A DNA stretch of 64,000 bases, from NCBI GenBank assembly GCA_028023455.1, contig JAQFVV010000003.1, positions 4,092,001-4,156,000 of the forward strand. The letters run 5' to 3'. Source of the DNA: Epiperipatus broadwayi. Taxonomy: Eukaryota; Animalia; Onychophora. The notes below the pieces were generated by a model. That model did not search any database and was not told where the DNA came from. It saw only the letters and a program-made list of their open reading frames with translations. The position numbers and the translations under genes are program-made. Shown here piece after piece: positions 40,086 to 54,770 of this stretch. How positions within the stretch are numbered: the stretch's first letter is position 1; every line of letters begins with the position of its first letter.

Positions 40086-43000
40086 GCAGTTGACTATTTT
40101 TTGTTTTTATTTAATATACATTTTGCAATGGTCTACTTTTTTGCTTTGTTCTATTTAACATAAATTTTGTGCTTGTTTTTATTTGAAACGTTGCTTTGAG
40201 TGGCTTAATTTTTGGAATTTATTTTCTTATGGATTTGCATTCAGCCTCCTACATTGCTTTCATTACAGTGCATCACTTTGTATTATTTTTTGTTTCTTTT
40301 ATTTAATACATATTTTTATAGAAAATATATAATTTTTTAAATTTTATTTAATATATTTATATAGACAAATTTAAGAATATTGATTTTTTTTTTTTTCAAT
40401 AATAAGTACTATGTGGATCAATCATGTATGTTGACTGTACTATATTAGCTTTATTGTTGATTTCTTTGTGTTGATATTGATAACGTTATTTATTTTTTTA
40501 GTTTCACGCTTGTTTAAATTTTGATTTTTGTTAATATATATTTATCTCTTTTTTATTTATAGTAATGATACATAAACTTATTAAAATTTGTGATGCAATT
40601 TTAAATTTGATGTTAGAATAATGATAAAACTATAAGCAATGGAAAACACCAATTTGTTAACTCAGTAATGAATTGCTGTATGAGCTAATACTTCCTATCC
40701 TATGTGATATCTGTGATGAATATATAACTAGATATAGTTAAGAGTTTTAATGGATGTCCCATAATTAGCCATCCACAAAAAAAATTTTGGATGGTAGCAC
40801 TACTAATGAGTTTAATAAATGATACCAGCAAGGTAAATCAGATAAGTTAATAATATAATTTAGAAATGCTAATAAAGACGTGTGACATGAATTGAAATCT
40901 GTGTTTCTGCACGTCTTTCAGATGATGAAATACCAATAATAAAAGCTACATGATTTATCTAAGATTTCATTTACATTAGTACTATCATCTATCGTAGAAT
41001 GAAACTATATTTATGCATTGTATAAAACAATAAATTTTCATCTTATTGATATAGATAAGAGATTTCTGGTTTTTGAAGTAAGTGCCTTTCTACCTGAAAT
41101 AAAAATCTGGCCTTTATGCCTTCAACTTTTCAAATATCAAAATGTATATTCTGGTAGGACACCATTCTTAGGGTTTGGGTTATATTGCCATCTAGTGATA
41201 GTGTCTTTTACTATACAGTCAATATATCAGAAATCAATTCTAGAAGTTTGGTTGTTTTTTAATATTCGTTGACTCTTAACTATATCATTAATTGATGCCA
41301 ACATAATTAATTATATAGTTTTGATAATTCCATTTTTTTATCCATTTTCTTCTGAAATCTGCAGAACTTATTGTTATTTCCTGTAATTGCAATTTCAATT
41401 TTATTCATGTATAACAGTGTTTTAATAGCACAACTTACAGTATTAAAGTGCACTCCTATGATTTTGTCATCTTATTACAGTACACAGTAATGCATCAATA
41501 TGTGAACTACTAATCAATATATATATGTTAAATGAGTCCAAGAAACCACACTTGTGAATATTGTGGGATTTTTTTATTCATATTATCTTATTTGATAAAA
41601 TATTCTTTTATATTTTTTTGGACATACAAATTTTTAATGAAGAGAAAATAAGTTTTTAAATGTGCACACATCGATTTCAAAAATTATTTTCATTCTATTC
41701 TAGAGCCATCTATTATTGAGTAATCAGTGGTCATAGGATGTTTAGTCTATATTAACCACGACCCCAGAATGTTACGGTTTATCACTATCAGTTAGGATTT
41801 AGGATAGGATTAAAAGATGGAACTATTATATTAGCATTTATCTTTTACTTACTGATAAAGATAAAAATCAAAAGAATAGTCTGAGAATGTGGATAATAGG
41901 ACACTACCATCTTATGTCGATTACTAAAACATGCAGTAGATGGTTCAAGATTAGATTGAAGTAGACTGAAAATTTTTTTTGTATGTTTATCTAATTATAA
42001 ATATTTTTTTAAATAGCATATAGAATAGTAAGGATTTCATGTCAAAAGTATGCTTAAATAATATGTATTTGAATTTTGTATGTATTTTATGTTGGAAAAA
42101 TAGATTTCTTAATATGTGCTTTCAATATAATCATTTCTTAAGTTTTTAATGAGACTTCCTTTCAATATAATCATTTCTTAACACAGTTTATTATACCATT
42201 TTTTTTTAATTCTGCCTTTTTATACACATACATATAAAAACCTATAGGATTAATGGATCTGCTTGTTATGTAAAAGGGGGGGGGGTGAGAATTTTTAAGC
42301 AAGTTTAGGTTGTTTTTTTTTCAGTTAGATGGTTTATAGTCAAATATTTAACCATCCATTTATTGGTTGTAAAATTGATATCTAAATACTGTTATTTAGA
42401 GGATAAACTATGAAAGTAAAGTCTTATTAATTGGCAATTGACTGGCTTATGACTATTTTCTTTCATTGTTTCTTTGTAGAGGGATGTTGTATAAACATCT
42501 GCTCTGCAGGGTAGTATTTGGAATTGTTTAAGTATAGAAAACTACTAAATCAATATCAATTTTTTAATGACTCATTAAAATGATCACTACTTAATTGTCA
42601 GAAAGATATTAATACATTGAATGCCAACTATAATTTGTAGACAGTTTCTTTCAATGTGTCATGCCCACAATCATTTGTGAATTTGAATTTTCCTTTTATT
42701 ACCCTAATTCTAAATATAATTATCATAAATAAATGTAAATAAGAGGATAGTGATATGCTAAATAAGAAAAAAAAAATCGAAACGTTGAAAAACAATAATC
42801 CACAAAAATCCAAAAATATTTTGGGATAATATTTTGATACACACAAAAAAAGTTGAAATTGTACAAAATTTTTATGTTATAGCAAATGAATTAATTAAAA
42901 GTTTTTAACATTATAATGTAGGCAATGTAGCATTTAAATGAAAAAGATTATAAATACTGTTCATATTAATTAAGTTGTTCTGATTACAGCCAATATATGT

Positions 43001-46000
43001 ACGCAACTTAAAAGTATGATAATTTAAAAAATATATATATATTTCCAATATGCAGGTCCTTGCTTGTGTGTATCTTACTATCTTAGATTCAATGCCAAAT
43101 AATTTTTTTTTTTTTTTTTACATTATTGTATGGCAAATAATGTAGAAACTATATTGTAATGGAAACACAAAAAAATAAAATTTTAGTTTGCAATGGTCAT
43201 TGATTTAAAGGCAACCATTTTCTGCCTCGAAGATTACATTAAAAAATGATTGGAAGATTTATATATTTTAAATGGATGATCAAATTATAATTGACTATTC
43301 TATACAAATGTTAATAATTATCTTTTAATATGCAAAAAATTTCTTTTCAAAACTTATTATATAAGGTGAAGTTTAGTAATCTTTGATTTAAATTTTTTAA
43401 CAATTTTTTTTCTTTGAATAAAGTAAAATGAAAAGAACTGCTTAATGTAAAAGCAACAAATAGCCTTCAAAGTAACCAATCTTATATGTTGTCAGCTACC
43501 TTGTTCTCCAAGATTATTTTTAAAGGGTCAGTGAATTGTTTCATCTTTAGCTTTTTTATATGAACATATTCAAAATATAGGTGCAAATAACTGAACATTT
43601 TAAATAATAATAAATTTAATTATGTATTAGAACCTGTTTGTTTACAGATTTAAGAAATTATTAACAAGATTTAACTTGTTAATTAGACACTAATGATAAC
43701 TTGTCTCATCAGCATTGCCAAACAAAGGAGAAAAAAAACCCTATAATTTAAATATTTATTTCCAAACAGCAAAAAATACAATCAAATACCATGTGCTACC
43801 AAAAAAACTAATATGCAGAAAAATAAGAATTGCATTGGGTATAATATTTCTGTAATTTTCACTACACCATTCTCAAATAAGGCAGGGACTGGTTTATATC
43901 TGCTTTTAACAACTTGTAGAGGGGTGTAATCATAAACATAAGACCAAAAACATGAAAAAGAACTATGATATCCTCCACAAGCACAAGGTGCTATTAGAAT
44001 ATATAAAGCATTTTAAAATTTATGATTGTTAATGTTGGAATAAGTAATTTATTTGTTTATAATTCAAGGGTGTAGCTTAGCAATTTTTTTCAATTTTGAA
44101 CATTTCAAAATTTTATTTTAAAATAAATATAGATTGGTTTGCATAAAAATTAGTCTACTATATATTTCATCATTAACCTCCATGAAAGTTTTAGATGCTA
44201 AGTGACAAGATAACTTTCATTATTATTATTTTTTTTTAAAGTTGTTAGAAAAGAGTTGATATTATAGATATGGAGTCTGGCAATATTTACTAGAATTGTC
44301 AAAATGGTATGAAAGAAAAATATTTTTTTTTCATTAATATACAAGTGGAATCTCATTAATATTAATATGAAATGCTAGATTGTGGACATTTTTTTATTTT
44401 TTATGTTAACCCGAATTCTGTCTCAAACAAAAGAGAAGATACAAATGAATAAAAACAAAATAATTGCATTCTTTATTAACTTATTTTAATTTTAAATGGC
44501 TTTTTAATTTAATTTTTATTAAAGTATGTGTAAAGATAAATGAAATTAAAAAAAAAAAATGTTGATGGAACATGTAATTTATCAAAATTTGAAAAAAAAT
44601 GTCTTTTTTCCATTTAGAGCAAAATACGGAGGGCTCGGGGGTCTGTAAGAAATGTCATAAAAATCTATAGTATTTAAAAAACTGGTGCTATTCTCAGGTT
44701 ACGAATAACGAATAAGCAATTTTCAACTATGAATATATCCTGCTGCCTTATAAAATAAAATGTTGGTTTATCTATCTACTTTTATCTCAGATTCATGTAG
44801 GGCCATATTGTTAGCAGCCTTTCCTGTTAACAGTCATCTTTTTATAGCAATTGTGAGAATGGTACTGTGTGTTTGTACAACCTATATCCATCTAATTCAA
44901 TGTATAGCAATTGTGACTCCAGTCTTTTGTTTTTATTTTTTTATTTATCACTAAAAAATGACAGGGACAGGTTTGGTAAACTGGGAGTCTTTAATTGTGA
45001 TCTTTGTATGAAGCGATATAATCATTAACAGTTTGTGTTTGAATTGGATTTGGGAAAAGAGTTCGAACGTTGAAAAGATATTAGTTTAGAGAGCCCTACT
45101 TAGAGATCTTGGTTATCATGAAAGTTGAAGGACTAGTTATAGTGGTCTAAAAAATAGCTTTCGCATAGACTCACTAGCTTACTATGTCTGGCAATTCACT
45201 TATTAAACTTAGCAATAGAAAGAAGAAATAATTGTTAAGTCAGCAATGTTTATGATATTCGTAATAGAACTATTTTTTTTTCTTCTAAATATAGGTATAT
45301 GAAAGATGTAAATTTTAATTGGCAGCAAGCTCTCCAAGATCTGAATAGAGAATAATTTGTAGCTAGATTGTCTAGATTTAAAATTGATATAGTTTCTTCT
45401 AGTGAATTTCATCTTTCATAGAAAAGAAGTTTAATTGGATAGTTGGCTAGTTGTGATTTTTTTTTTTCAGAAAGGTAGATTATCCAATCAAAGGGACTGC
45501 ATGGGTTGGGATCCACTGGGATATATAATTTGGGATCTTTTATTGAAAATTATAGCTGCATTAATGAAAAGTTAATATTAAAACATTTACACATTGGCTA
45601 TGCTTCACAGTTTTTATTTAATCAGGTTAGTATTAATAATCAGTAATATTAAAATATCAATCCTTTGGAGATTTTAATATAATTATTGGTAGTAACAGCA
45701 AACCTTGGCTACAGATCATATTCCAATTATATTTAAGAAATTTGATATGTGATAGGTTTTGTCAGCTCTCTGTTAAGCAATAAAATTGCTAATTTGGACT
45801 TTTTCTCATTGAAGCATGAAATTTTTTTAATGACTATGTAGTGGACACAAGTCTTTTTTTTGGGTTCACTAAAAAAAATTTGGCTAGTTTTTGATGATTA
45901 TCCTACTATTATTGATTTGATTAAAAGGAAAACTGGCATATTTATTAATATGGGTTGAGTACTATATTTTTCTATTAAATTTCAGTTTGGTTTTTTTTTT

Positions 46001-48444
46001 GTTTATAGCAGAGATACATCATGAACTATGATTTGAATCTCATATTCTAATTAACTCTTGAAAAATTCCTATTAAAATGCTCCATTTTCGATTTATCAAA
46101 ATTTAAAAGAAAAGCCTAAATTTTTTTTTAAATATTAGAATAGATTTTAATGAAATAAAGTTATTCTTGAAATGTTAATAACTATTATGAGTTTGGATTT
46201 CTAAATATAATAAATATGTTATATTTAATTTTTTTTGAGGCAGGATCTAAATAACCGCAACAATTAATATGTCATGCTGTGGATTCATTTTGTTGTAGTA
46301 TTAATTTTTTTATTATCCAATATGGGTAGATTGTGTTTGACAAATTAAAGAGCAAAATTACGTTTACTTTATATAACAAATTATGATTCATTGAACATGG
46401 AATTATTCAATTCATTTACATATATAAAATTTGAATAGTGCTGCAATGAATTTTTTATTTTTATTTTTCTAATAACAATTGGATTGAACAAAAAAAAAAA
46501 TTATTGTTTATATAAGAAATATTTATTGATTTTGATAATCAAAGGCTTATCAATACTGTATTAGCTCTTGAAATATCATGCTGATGAATTGATAGATTTC
46601 AGGAAATAAAAAAAGACTGCTAAATCCGTAATACTCTCCCTCCTCCACCTATGATTCAAGGCAAATTATCTTAATTACAGAAAAAATAATAACATGGTTT
46701 TCCATTTGGACAATTGTGAAATTGTCTGTTATTATTTAGTAATGGAAAACAGTCAGTAAATTACTGAAATGTATTAAGCTGACATTTAAATTATTCATTG
46801 TAAAAATAAATATCTTGTTTGCATGTATATCTATGTATGTTTCTGCCAATGTTTGCTTAATATTATAATATTTCAATGTGGGATAGTCGATAAATAATCA
46901 CTAAAATAATTAATAATTTAGTCTTGTACAAAATGTTCATTCAAATCTGTGAATAATGATGTATGCATGTGTTTTGATTTCACAATTATAAAGAAAATAT
47001 TTACCCAATTCCAAACAATATATTATTTTTTTAATATGTGAAGTGTTGGTCTAATTTTTCAATCACACCCATTTTCTTTCAGTTTTTCAAAGAAATGAAA
47101 AGCAGAAAGTAACTGGATTCTGGGTGAAATATAACTTGCTATAATTTTAGAAATAAATAGATATTCAATTTCTTATAGTTGAATGTATTGAAGCAAATGT
47201 TACATCATTTAATCAACTGATGAAATCATTCAGTTGTTCTACTTCATGGTACTTTTTATAATCATTCAAAATTGGATTTTAGTATTAAAACTTTATTTTG
47301 TATTAGAATTTAATAAAGTGAAACTTGATTTGTTAGAAATATGACTGTAAATGAAAAACATTTTAAAACGTCGTATTTGAACTTGCAAATGTAGAAAAAA
47401 TCAACGTTTACTTAAGTGAACTTTCTCTAATTGGATAGTACAAAAAAAAAAGCTTTGTTAAATGGATATTTCTTTTTGAAGCACGAACATCTAAATGTGT
47501 AGTTTTCTGTTTTTCATTATGATTGAATATGTTAATATATTTTTAAAAATTAAACATTTTCAAATAAAATCATATTGTTAATAGTATATATTTTTCTGTT
47601 TTAAATAATATTCTGCAAGCATAAATTATGAAAACGTGACAATTCTTTTGCTGATTGCTAAGAACAAAGATATTAAGTGTTTGATTACTCTCACAATCAT
47701 TGCACTAGTAGATGTATTTGTATACTTTGAAGTTTATTTTGACAGATTTCTATAGACATCTGCTGTCTTCAGATTTTTTTAAAAACTAATCAATACAATT
47801 TTTTCCATCAAAATGAACACAAAATTGGCAAAATAGTGCTACAAATAGCCAAAGGGGAGCAAAGGAAAGTTGAAGATCGCAACAGCCCTCTCATTAAAGA
47901 TCTCCTCTTATTGAGGGCTATTAGTTCTCCAAAACTCGTTAAGCAAGAATATCGTATGTAGAATAAGCATTTATAATGGTTGTCTATAGTGAAAATATTG
48001 ACCGGTTACTCCAGCTAAAAAATTACACTAACACAATAAGTTGGGAGTATTATATTAAAATAATAACTTATCGAGTATATGTATATATAAAAATTAAAAA
48101 AACCCTTAATGTAAGTTTATGTAAACTATGCTGTGTGTATTATGCAGGTATTCAATTAAAATATGTATTTATCCACTTTGTTTCCCAAACTCAAAAGATT
48201 TTTTTTAATTTTTTTTTGGGTCGTATTCATTGCTAAGATCACTTTAAACAGAATTTGTTTAAAAAAATGCTTAATATCGTGAAAAAACAATGTTTTCACT
48301 GTCAAAAGTCCAGCAAAGTAGACCGAGAAAGTAAAACTAAACTAGCATCAAATAATTTTTTGCTCTTTTGTACAACTGTTTTGTTGACTGGAAAAAAAAT
48401 CCATACTGAAGTTTTATTTTTTTAAACTCTACAAGAAAGAAAAC

Positions 48445-49080
48445 AAACCGAGAATCCTAATCCCATACATTCACTCAACAGCCCAAAACCTCATTAGTAA
48501 ACTATCAAGTGACTTCGAAGTCGCTTTCCGTTTACCTCCCACCACCAATAGACTGATAAATAACACCAAAGACGATCAAACCTGAACTCACCCCTCAATT
48601 TGTGTACAAAATCATCTGCCCCCAAAGAAACTGTATGGCAACATTATGGAGAGACCAAAACTAACATTGCTACCAGAGTAGCTCAACACAGATCCCTTTA
48701 TAACAGAACCAAAACAAAGCTTGAAGGTAATTCGGTTTTCGTTGAGCACGAGAGAGCCACTGGACACGCTTTTCTACCCACCACAGCCAGTGTCATTTGC
48801 TCTGAAACAAACGACACCAAACGCAAAGTTAGGGAAGCTTATTACATCGTAAGTGACCCATCAGCAATCAACAGAAGAGAGGCCTGCTTTTCCCTATCTC
48901 GAAAATGGTCCACGTAACATCTGCATATAAATTTGCATAAAATTTGCATTAATATTATAGTTATTAATCGAATACAAGTCGCCATGAATATGGGACTATA
49001 AACTGTCCCGAAAGAGCTTGGCGGTAAATTTTAATAATTTCACAGACAATTAATAGCTTCATTATCTGTGCGCAGAGCAC
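48445..49080 (+). mobile_element. Penelope-like element 3' fragment (RT linker + GIY-YIG endonuclease + 3' UTR HHR), frameshifted
   Basis: KPRILIPYI...FEVAF...NNTKD; VYKIICPQRNC then, by frameshift, YGETKTNIATRVAQH...EHERATGH...RKVREAYYI...INR; stop at 48917. Confidence 0.88.
48978..49025 (+). ncRNA. Variant-core (A3-U8) minimal hammerhead motif
   Basis: GUCGCC-AUGAAUA-U-GGGAC UAUAAACU GUCCC-GAAA-GAGC-UU-GGCGGU. Stem I has 5-6 bp and stem II is a perfect 5 bp. It lies 67 nt after the GIY-YIG stop. Confidence 0.65.
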
Positions 49081-49209
49081 ATATATATATATATTAATTT
49101 ATTTTAAATGTTAACGAAGTAAAATCTTAACTATATTATATTACATGAAATTATTTAGAATTTAAAAAAAAAAAGTTTAATAACTTATTTAATTTTTTTT
49201 TTCTCATGT

Positions 49210-49296
49210 GTCATAGCATCAGCCGGGAAGCGAACCCGCTCACCCGGGACAACTGCTTCGTAAAGCAGCCGTCGCTGACCTCTCGACCACTAATGC
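49210..49296 (-). mobile_element. tRNA-like short element, second copy
   Basis: Minus strand reads GCATTAG-TGGTCGAGAGGTCAGC...GCGGGTTCGCTTCCCGG-CTGATGC-TATGACA, homologous to 21884-21972. Confidence 0.7.
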
Positions 49297-51319
49297 TTGA
49301 AATAACTTATTTAATTGATCATTAAAATTTGTTATTTATCATTAGTGTAAGAATAGTAAAATTAGGGTACTAAACATTGTCAAAAGACTACATAAAAAAA
49401 AATACGTACTAAAAAGAAAAAAAAATGTGTAATGCATTTTGTGTTGCATATTGTAATCAATATTTATCACTTTTTTTTTTTTTTACAATATGTACAATAC
49501 AGATCTAAATAAAAAACACTTTATACAGTATATAAATACATACGCTAGCAGTGAAATTTTCTTTTGTCATGAGATGTCGCATTTTATTAAGTTTGGTAGC
49601 CATGGTCTTTGAAAGACATAAAAAATTTTTTGATTATGTGCCGTTGAACCATTTAAATAAATATTAAAGATATGAATCTTTCAGTTTATCTGTATGCAAT
49701 TTTACATAATTTTAATGTGCGATAACATTATATGATGTTTTAACATTGAGCAAATAGATTATTTTTTAATTTAGATTTAGTAATTTTTGATCATACAAAG
49801 TTCATTATGATAACATTTTTTTCTCTTCAAAATAACAATTATGATAACTAAATTACAATATGATGAACATTATTTTACCATAAGCAAAGTTACTGTTAGT
49901 AAAAATTTTAAACCATAAAAGTGAGTAAATACAGTGTATAGTTTTTAAACTAATGTACACGTTTTAGAATTTAATATATTAATGTAAAATACAATTTCGT
50001 TTATTATACTGAATGAAACACTTTTTTGGAAACGGTAATAATTAATACTGAAAATCTTTACTTTGGATATATCATTATTGAAAGTGATTGTCTTGCAAAG
50101 ACATACAATGAAAATAAAATACTGTACATTCATTAGTTGTATTTGTTTATAATCAAAATATTGTATACATCACGATTATATACTGTATTGTGTACTATGA
50201 ATAAACTCTGTAGTGTACAGTTTCAGTATGAGTCGTTATTTTGCATTTGGATGATGTAGTGTTCATAACTATTCTATGACATCATCAATCTTACAAAAGC
50301 CAAAAAATTTTTTTTTACATTTTTTTTAACGATCGTTACAGTGAATAATCAAAATAGTGGGTACAAATTTATGATGATCGCTATTGTGAATCTTCGCATA
50401 AAGATTAAGTGCTAAGCAGGGTATAGGTATACTTTGTAATTATTAATAGCTTAAATGATCAATGAATAATAGAAGGTAGTGCTTATTCATATTTCTGTAT
50501 AAGAGAAATGTGATTGCTGGATATGTAGATATGAGTTCAGAATTCTTCATGATGGTCAGTAGAATCAGAAATTTCTTTTGTATTGTAGATATAGCACTAT
50601 CATCTAATATCCAAAATTATTTAAACTTAATAACGGAGTAGAGAAATTACTGCTTGCAAAAATTGATGATTAATGTTTTTAATTGTCTTATAGTTTCTAT
50701 TTGTTTTTAACACTAGTTGTTTGACTATGCAACACAATTAATTTGTAAATAGAAAATATTTTTTTATGATTTAATGATCTGACTACACAACATATACTCA
50801 TTTCTAGATTGTTTGGTTTTAACATTGCAAAATGTTTTGTAAAGAAAAGTTTTTGAATTTATTGACCAAATTCTTTTGTAAAGTTGGTTCTGAAAGGAAA
50901 TCAATTCTTAAAAAAGAACTGAAATTCCTTGTATTATGAAATTGTTTTAATTAACCACTTAAGTATTCTTTGTTTATTGTTTTCTTTATTTGTAGATGAT
51001 TATATCTTAATAATTCATTTTCTTTCTGATTTCAGGAAAAAAAAAAAAAAATCTTGAGAAAACACTGGTTTGTTAATTTGTTTATAGACATAATCAAGTT
51101 TAGATATTTTATGCTGATTTGTGAAATTTGAAGGACCCTAAAATTTTATTAAGTCATAAAAAGATTATTTTTTTTTTAATCAAAGTTTAAAAAAAAAAAT
51201 TTAGGGTAGTTGAAAAAGTTTTGTAATTTAGATTTGATGAACAAATCTGCTTTTCACATTATGTATTAATTTGATTAATTTGAAATATGAATTATTCAGC
51301 TTAAAATAATACATATATT

Positions 51320-54300
51320 TATTTATATTACAAGATATATCCACATTCCACAAACAATTTGAAAATGAATTAAGTTTACAAATTATTCATCATGTCATTT
51401 TTAAAGAGAGTATTATGCATTCATATATATGGATGAATTCATTTCTGGTGACAAATGAGAGAGAATACAGGCTTGTTAATATATAGAAAAAGATAAATCG
51501 TATATTATGAAATATTTCTTGGAGAAAAATGCTAAATGGAAATGAACATGGAAACATCCAAATGTGAGGGTATAGCGGAATTGTTATATTTTGACTAACT
51601 GAAAGCATATATTTTAAGATTATGTTCTTAATAGATTTGACTATTGATTAGTGAAATATAAGATGGGTTAATGCAAAATTAGAGACTAAAAGTATTAAGA
51701 AAGCTTGTGACACTTGATAGCCTTAACTTTTAGAAACACGACAATGAATTTAAATAAGAATTTGCAAATTATTTAAAAGTATTAACAGATTAGATTGAAG
51801 TCAATAAGATATTTGATATTCTATTAAGAATTGCAAGAAAGGTAGTTTGTATAAAAAGTAACAATTTAACAATAAATTTTCAGTTGAGATGACCAAGTAT
51901 AAAGAAAAGAATGAATATGAAATGGTTTTATAATCTATCAAAAAGAATATCTCGAGTTTTGTTTTAAAATGGTAGAAAAAAGAATACTGATATGAGAAAA
52001 TATTAATCGTGAATTGGCAAAAAAAAAAAAAAAAAGCTATAGAAGAGAATAAAAATCTCAAAAAGTGTAAAACATTTTGGTATTGGAAGAAAAGTTGTTT
52101 CAACAATATGATAGAATTATTATTAAAAAAGAAATATGAAATACATGGAAAAATTCTATAAAAATTATGGAAAAATTCTATAAAAAATTATGTAGTAATA
52201 ATCATGAAAACAAAATATCCCCTCTAAGTTGTCAAATATTTAACTCAAGATGAATCTGAAATTAAATCTATGAAGAAAGAAAAGCTCCAGGAAATGGTGG
52301 AATTATTAATATTTTAAAAGAAACAGTAACTAACTACCTCCCACTGAGTTATGTAATGTAAAAAATCACAAAAAGGATAGAATGGTATCACATTATATTT
52401 AAGTTCTATTGTCACATAAGCTTAGTTTTAAACTTAATTTTTGACTTTGTTTTTTAAATTGTAGGGTGAATTTTGGCTATTGTTTTAAATTATATGCCGA
52501 TGAAATACCCTCATCATTAATATATTTAGACGATAATGGATTTTTCACAATTTCTAAGCATTAATTAATATATTAGTTTTAAATAAGTCAATTATTTTAT
52601 ATAGTGCGATGTTTTTTATAAACAATAATATTTAAACAGCATTAAACTGTTGCACATGCGCTTTGGATTTTTAAATATAAAATGAATGAATACTAACACT
52701 TCAACCACATGATAAAGTCTTTGGAAAAGATAGAATGGCCATCTATCTTTTCGAACCCAAACACTTTTGTATGGGCGAATCTTAAGTGATTGAAAGTTAA
52801 AGCGTGAAGTTATTAAATAATCACTTTAAATTACTTTTACATGCTTGAATGAATGATGCTGGTGAAATTTATTAGAATTTACGATACATCATTCACGCTT
52901 TCACTTTCAAACACTTAAGATTCGCCCATACAAAAGTGTTTGGGTTCGAAAAGATAGATGGCCATTCTATCTTTTCCAAAGACTTTATCATGTGGTTGAA
53001 GTGTTAGTATTCATTCATTTTATATTTAAAAATCCAAAGCGCATGTGCAACAGTTTAATGCTGTTTAAATATTATTGTTTATAAAAAACATCGCACTGTA
53101 TAAAATAAATGACTTATTTACATACATTTAATTTCAAATAAGAATGACGTATAATCGTAAATTCTAATAAATTTCACCAGCGTCATTCATTCAAGCATGT
53201 AAAAGTAATTTAAAGTGATTATTTAATAACTTCACGCTTTCACTTTCAAACACTTAAGATTCGCCCTTACAAAAGCGTTTGGATTCGAAAAGATAGATGG
53301 CCATTCTATCTTTTCCAAAGACTTTATCATGTGGTTGAAGTGTTAGTATTCATTCATTTTATATTTAAAAATCCAAAGGACATGTGCAACAGTTTAATGC
53401 TGTTTAAATATTATTGTTTATATTAGTTTTAATAAATGTAACAATAAATAATCAATTTTTTAAAATATCTGTAATTGAAAAGCAGAAATAATTACCTCCC
53501 AATGAGTTATGTAACTTAAAAAACTATAAAAAAAAAAAAAAAATTATACCACAATCTATCTTTAAATTCTGTTATATGTGGTATCATTCTATTTATAATA
53601 ACTTAATGGGAGGTAGTTACTTGTATTTTTCAATTACAATTATCACGTTGATAAAGATGTACCAGATGATTGGAAGAATGTTGCAGTAATATTGATATTT
53701 GAAAAAAAATGATAAAAAAGATATTAGAAATTGCAGACCTACTAGTCTTCTGTGAGCTCTATATTATAATTCGACTTCAGTGCACTTAGATTCTAATCAA
53801 ATCAAAAGAACAAGATGGATTTAAAGGTGATTTTAGCATAGTAGAACACAAATGAATGTCTTGCTATTAGATTTTGGATTTGTAGATTATGAAAAGGCGT
53901 TTAAATTGATTAAAACTGGATCATTAAAATATAGACCCAAGATATACATCTGCGATTAGATTGCGTGGTTAACATCAAAAAGAGTGTGTGATAGTGGTTT
54001 CATATCTCCAAAACTTATTACTATGCTTTTAAAAAAGTATTTTGTGGTTTAAAATGGAAAGTTAAGAGAGTAAAAGGAAATGGAGATTGACTCATCTAGA
54101 TTTTGCAGCCTCTGATTGTTTTGTAAATAATATTTCAGAGCCGCAGAAAATGTTACAAGAGTTATCAGATAAAAATAAGAAAGTACGTCTAAAAGTAAAT
54201 GCTAAAAAGTCTAAAGTAAGCATTCACTGGATTTTCTCACATGAAAATAAATATTGATAATGGATGGATTAGAAGTTAACAAGTCCAAATATCTTGGTCA

Positions 54301-54770
54301 GATTACTAATACAGATGGAAACATAGTGAATGAAAATAATCAGAATTGCATTTGGATGCTTTTGATGGAAATGATTTCATATTAAAAAGAAATATGGCTG
54401 TGTGTGTGAAAAGGAAGTTTTTAATAGATTTGTTTTAGCAATTCTTACTTAATACTGTAGAGACTTAATATCACTGAACAAAGTATAGATGTATATTAGG
54501 AATATCAGAGATTGAAAGAGAATAAACAGGTATCACTGACATTGAAAGAAACTGAAATGGAAATGAGCTGGAAATATTGTTAGAAAAGATGATAATAGAT
54601 GGACAGTTGAAGTTTTAATCCCAACACTGTAAAAGATCTAGAAAGCAACGACATATTAAATGGATGTATGAAATAAGGAAACTTGTTAAAGTAATGTGGA
54701 AAAGGAGGGTACGGATTGCAGAAATTGAAATAAACTTGCAATGGATTGGTAATGATTGAAAAGTTTATAT
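51320..54770 (+). mobile_element. Decayed RTE-clade LINE, copy 2, interrupted by hairpin elements
   Basis: Remnants KWK*TWKHPN (~51535), VPDDWKNVAVILI..KKDIRNCRPTSL (~53655-53750), VDYEKAF (~53880), KYLGQI (~54285) and DNRWTVEVL (~54590). Boundaries are approximate. Confidence 0.7.
52583..53418. mobile_element. Family U PLE-like array: one inverted unit with tail, then two direct units; 14-bp TSD
   Basis: Inverted unit ~52583-52886, partial direct unit ~52894-53120 and direct unit ~53145-53418, which lacks the last ~38 nt. TSD TATATTAGTTTTAA at 52569-52582 and 53419-53432. Copies are nearly identical. Confidence 0.85.

Noticed and set aside
44700-45520. Possible LINE 3' coding remnant on the minus strand
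   Set aside because: No motif could be identified with confidence by eye.
52905-52985. Possible HHR in family U (CTTAAGA...GAAA-hairpin-TT)
   Set aside because: G5 is missing, stem II junctions are irregular and no stem I pairing is possible.
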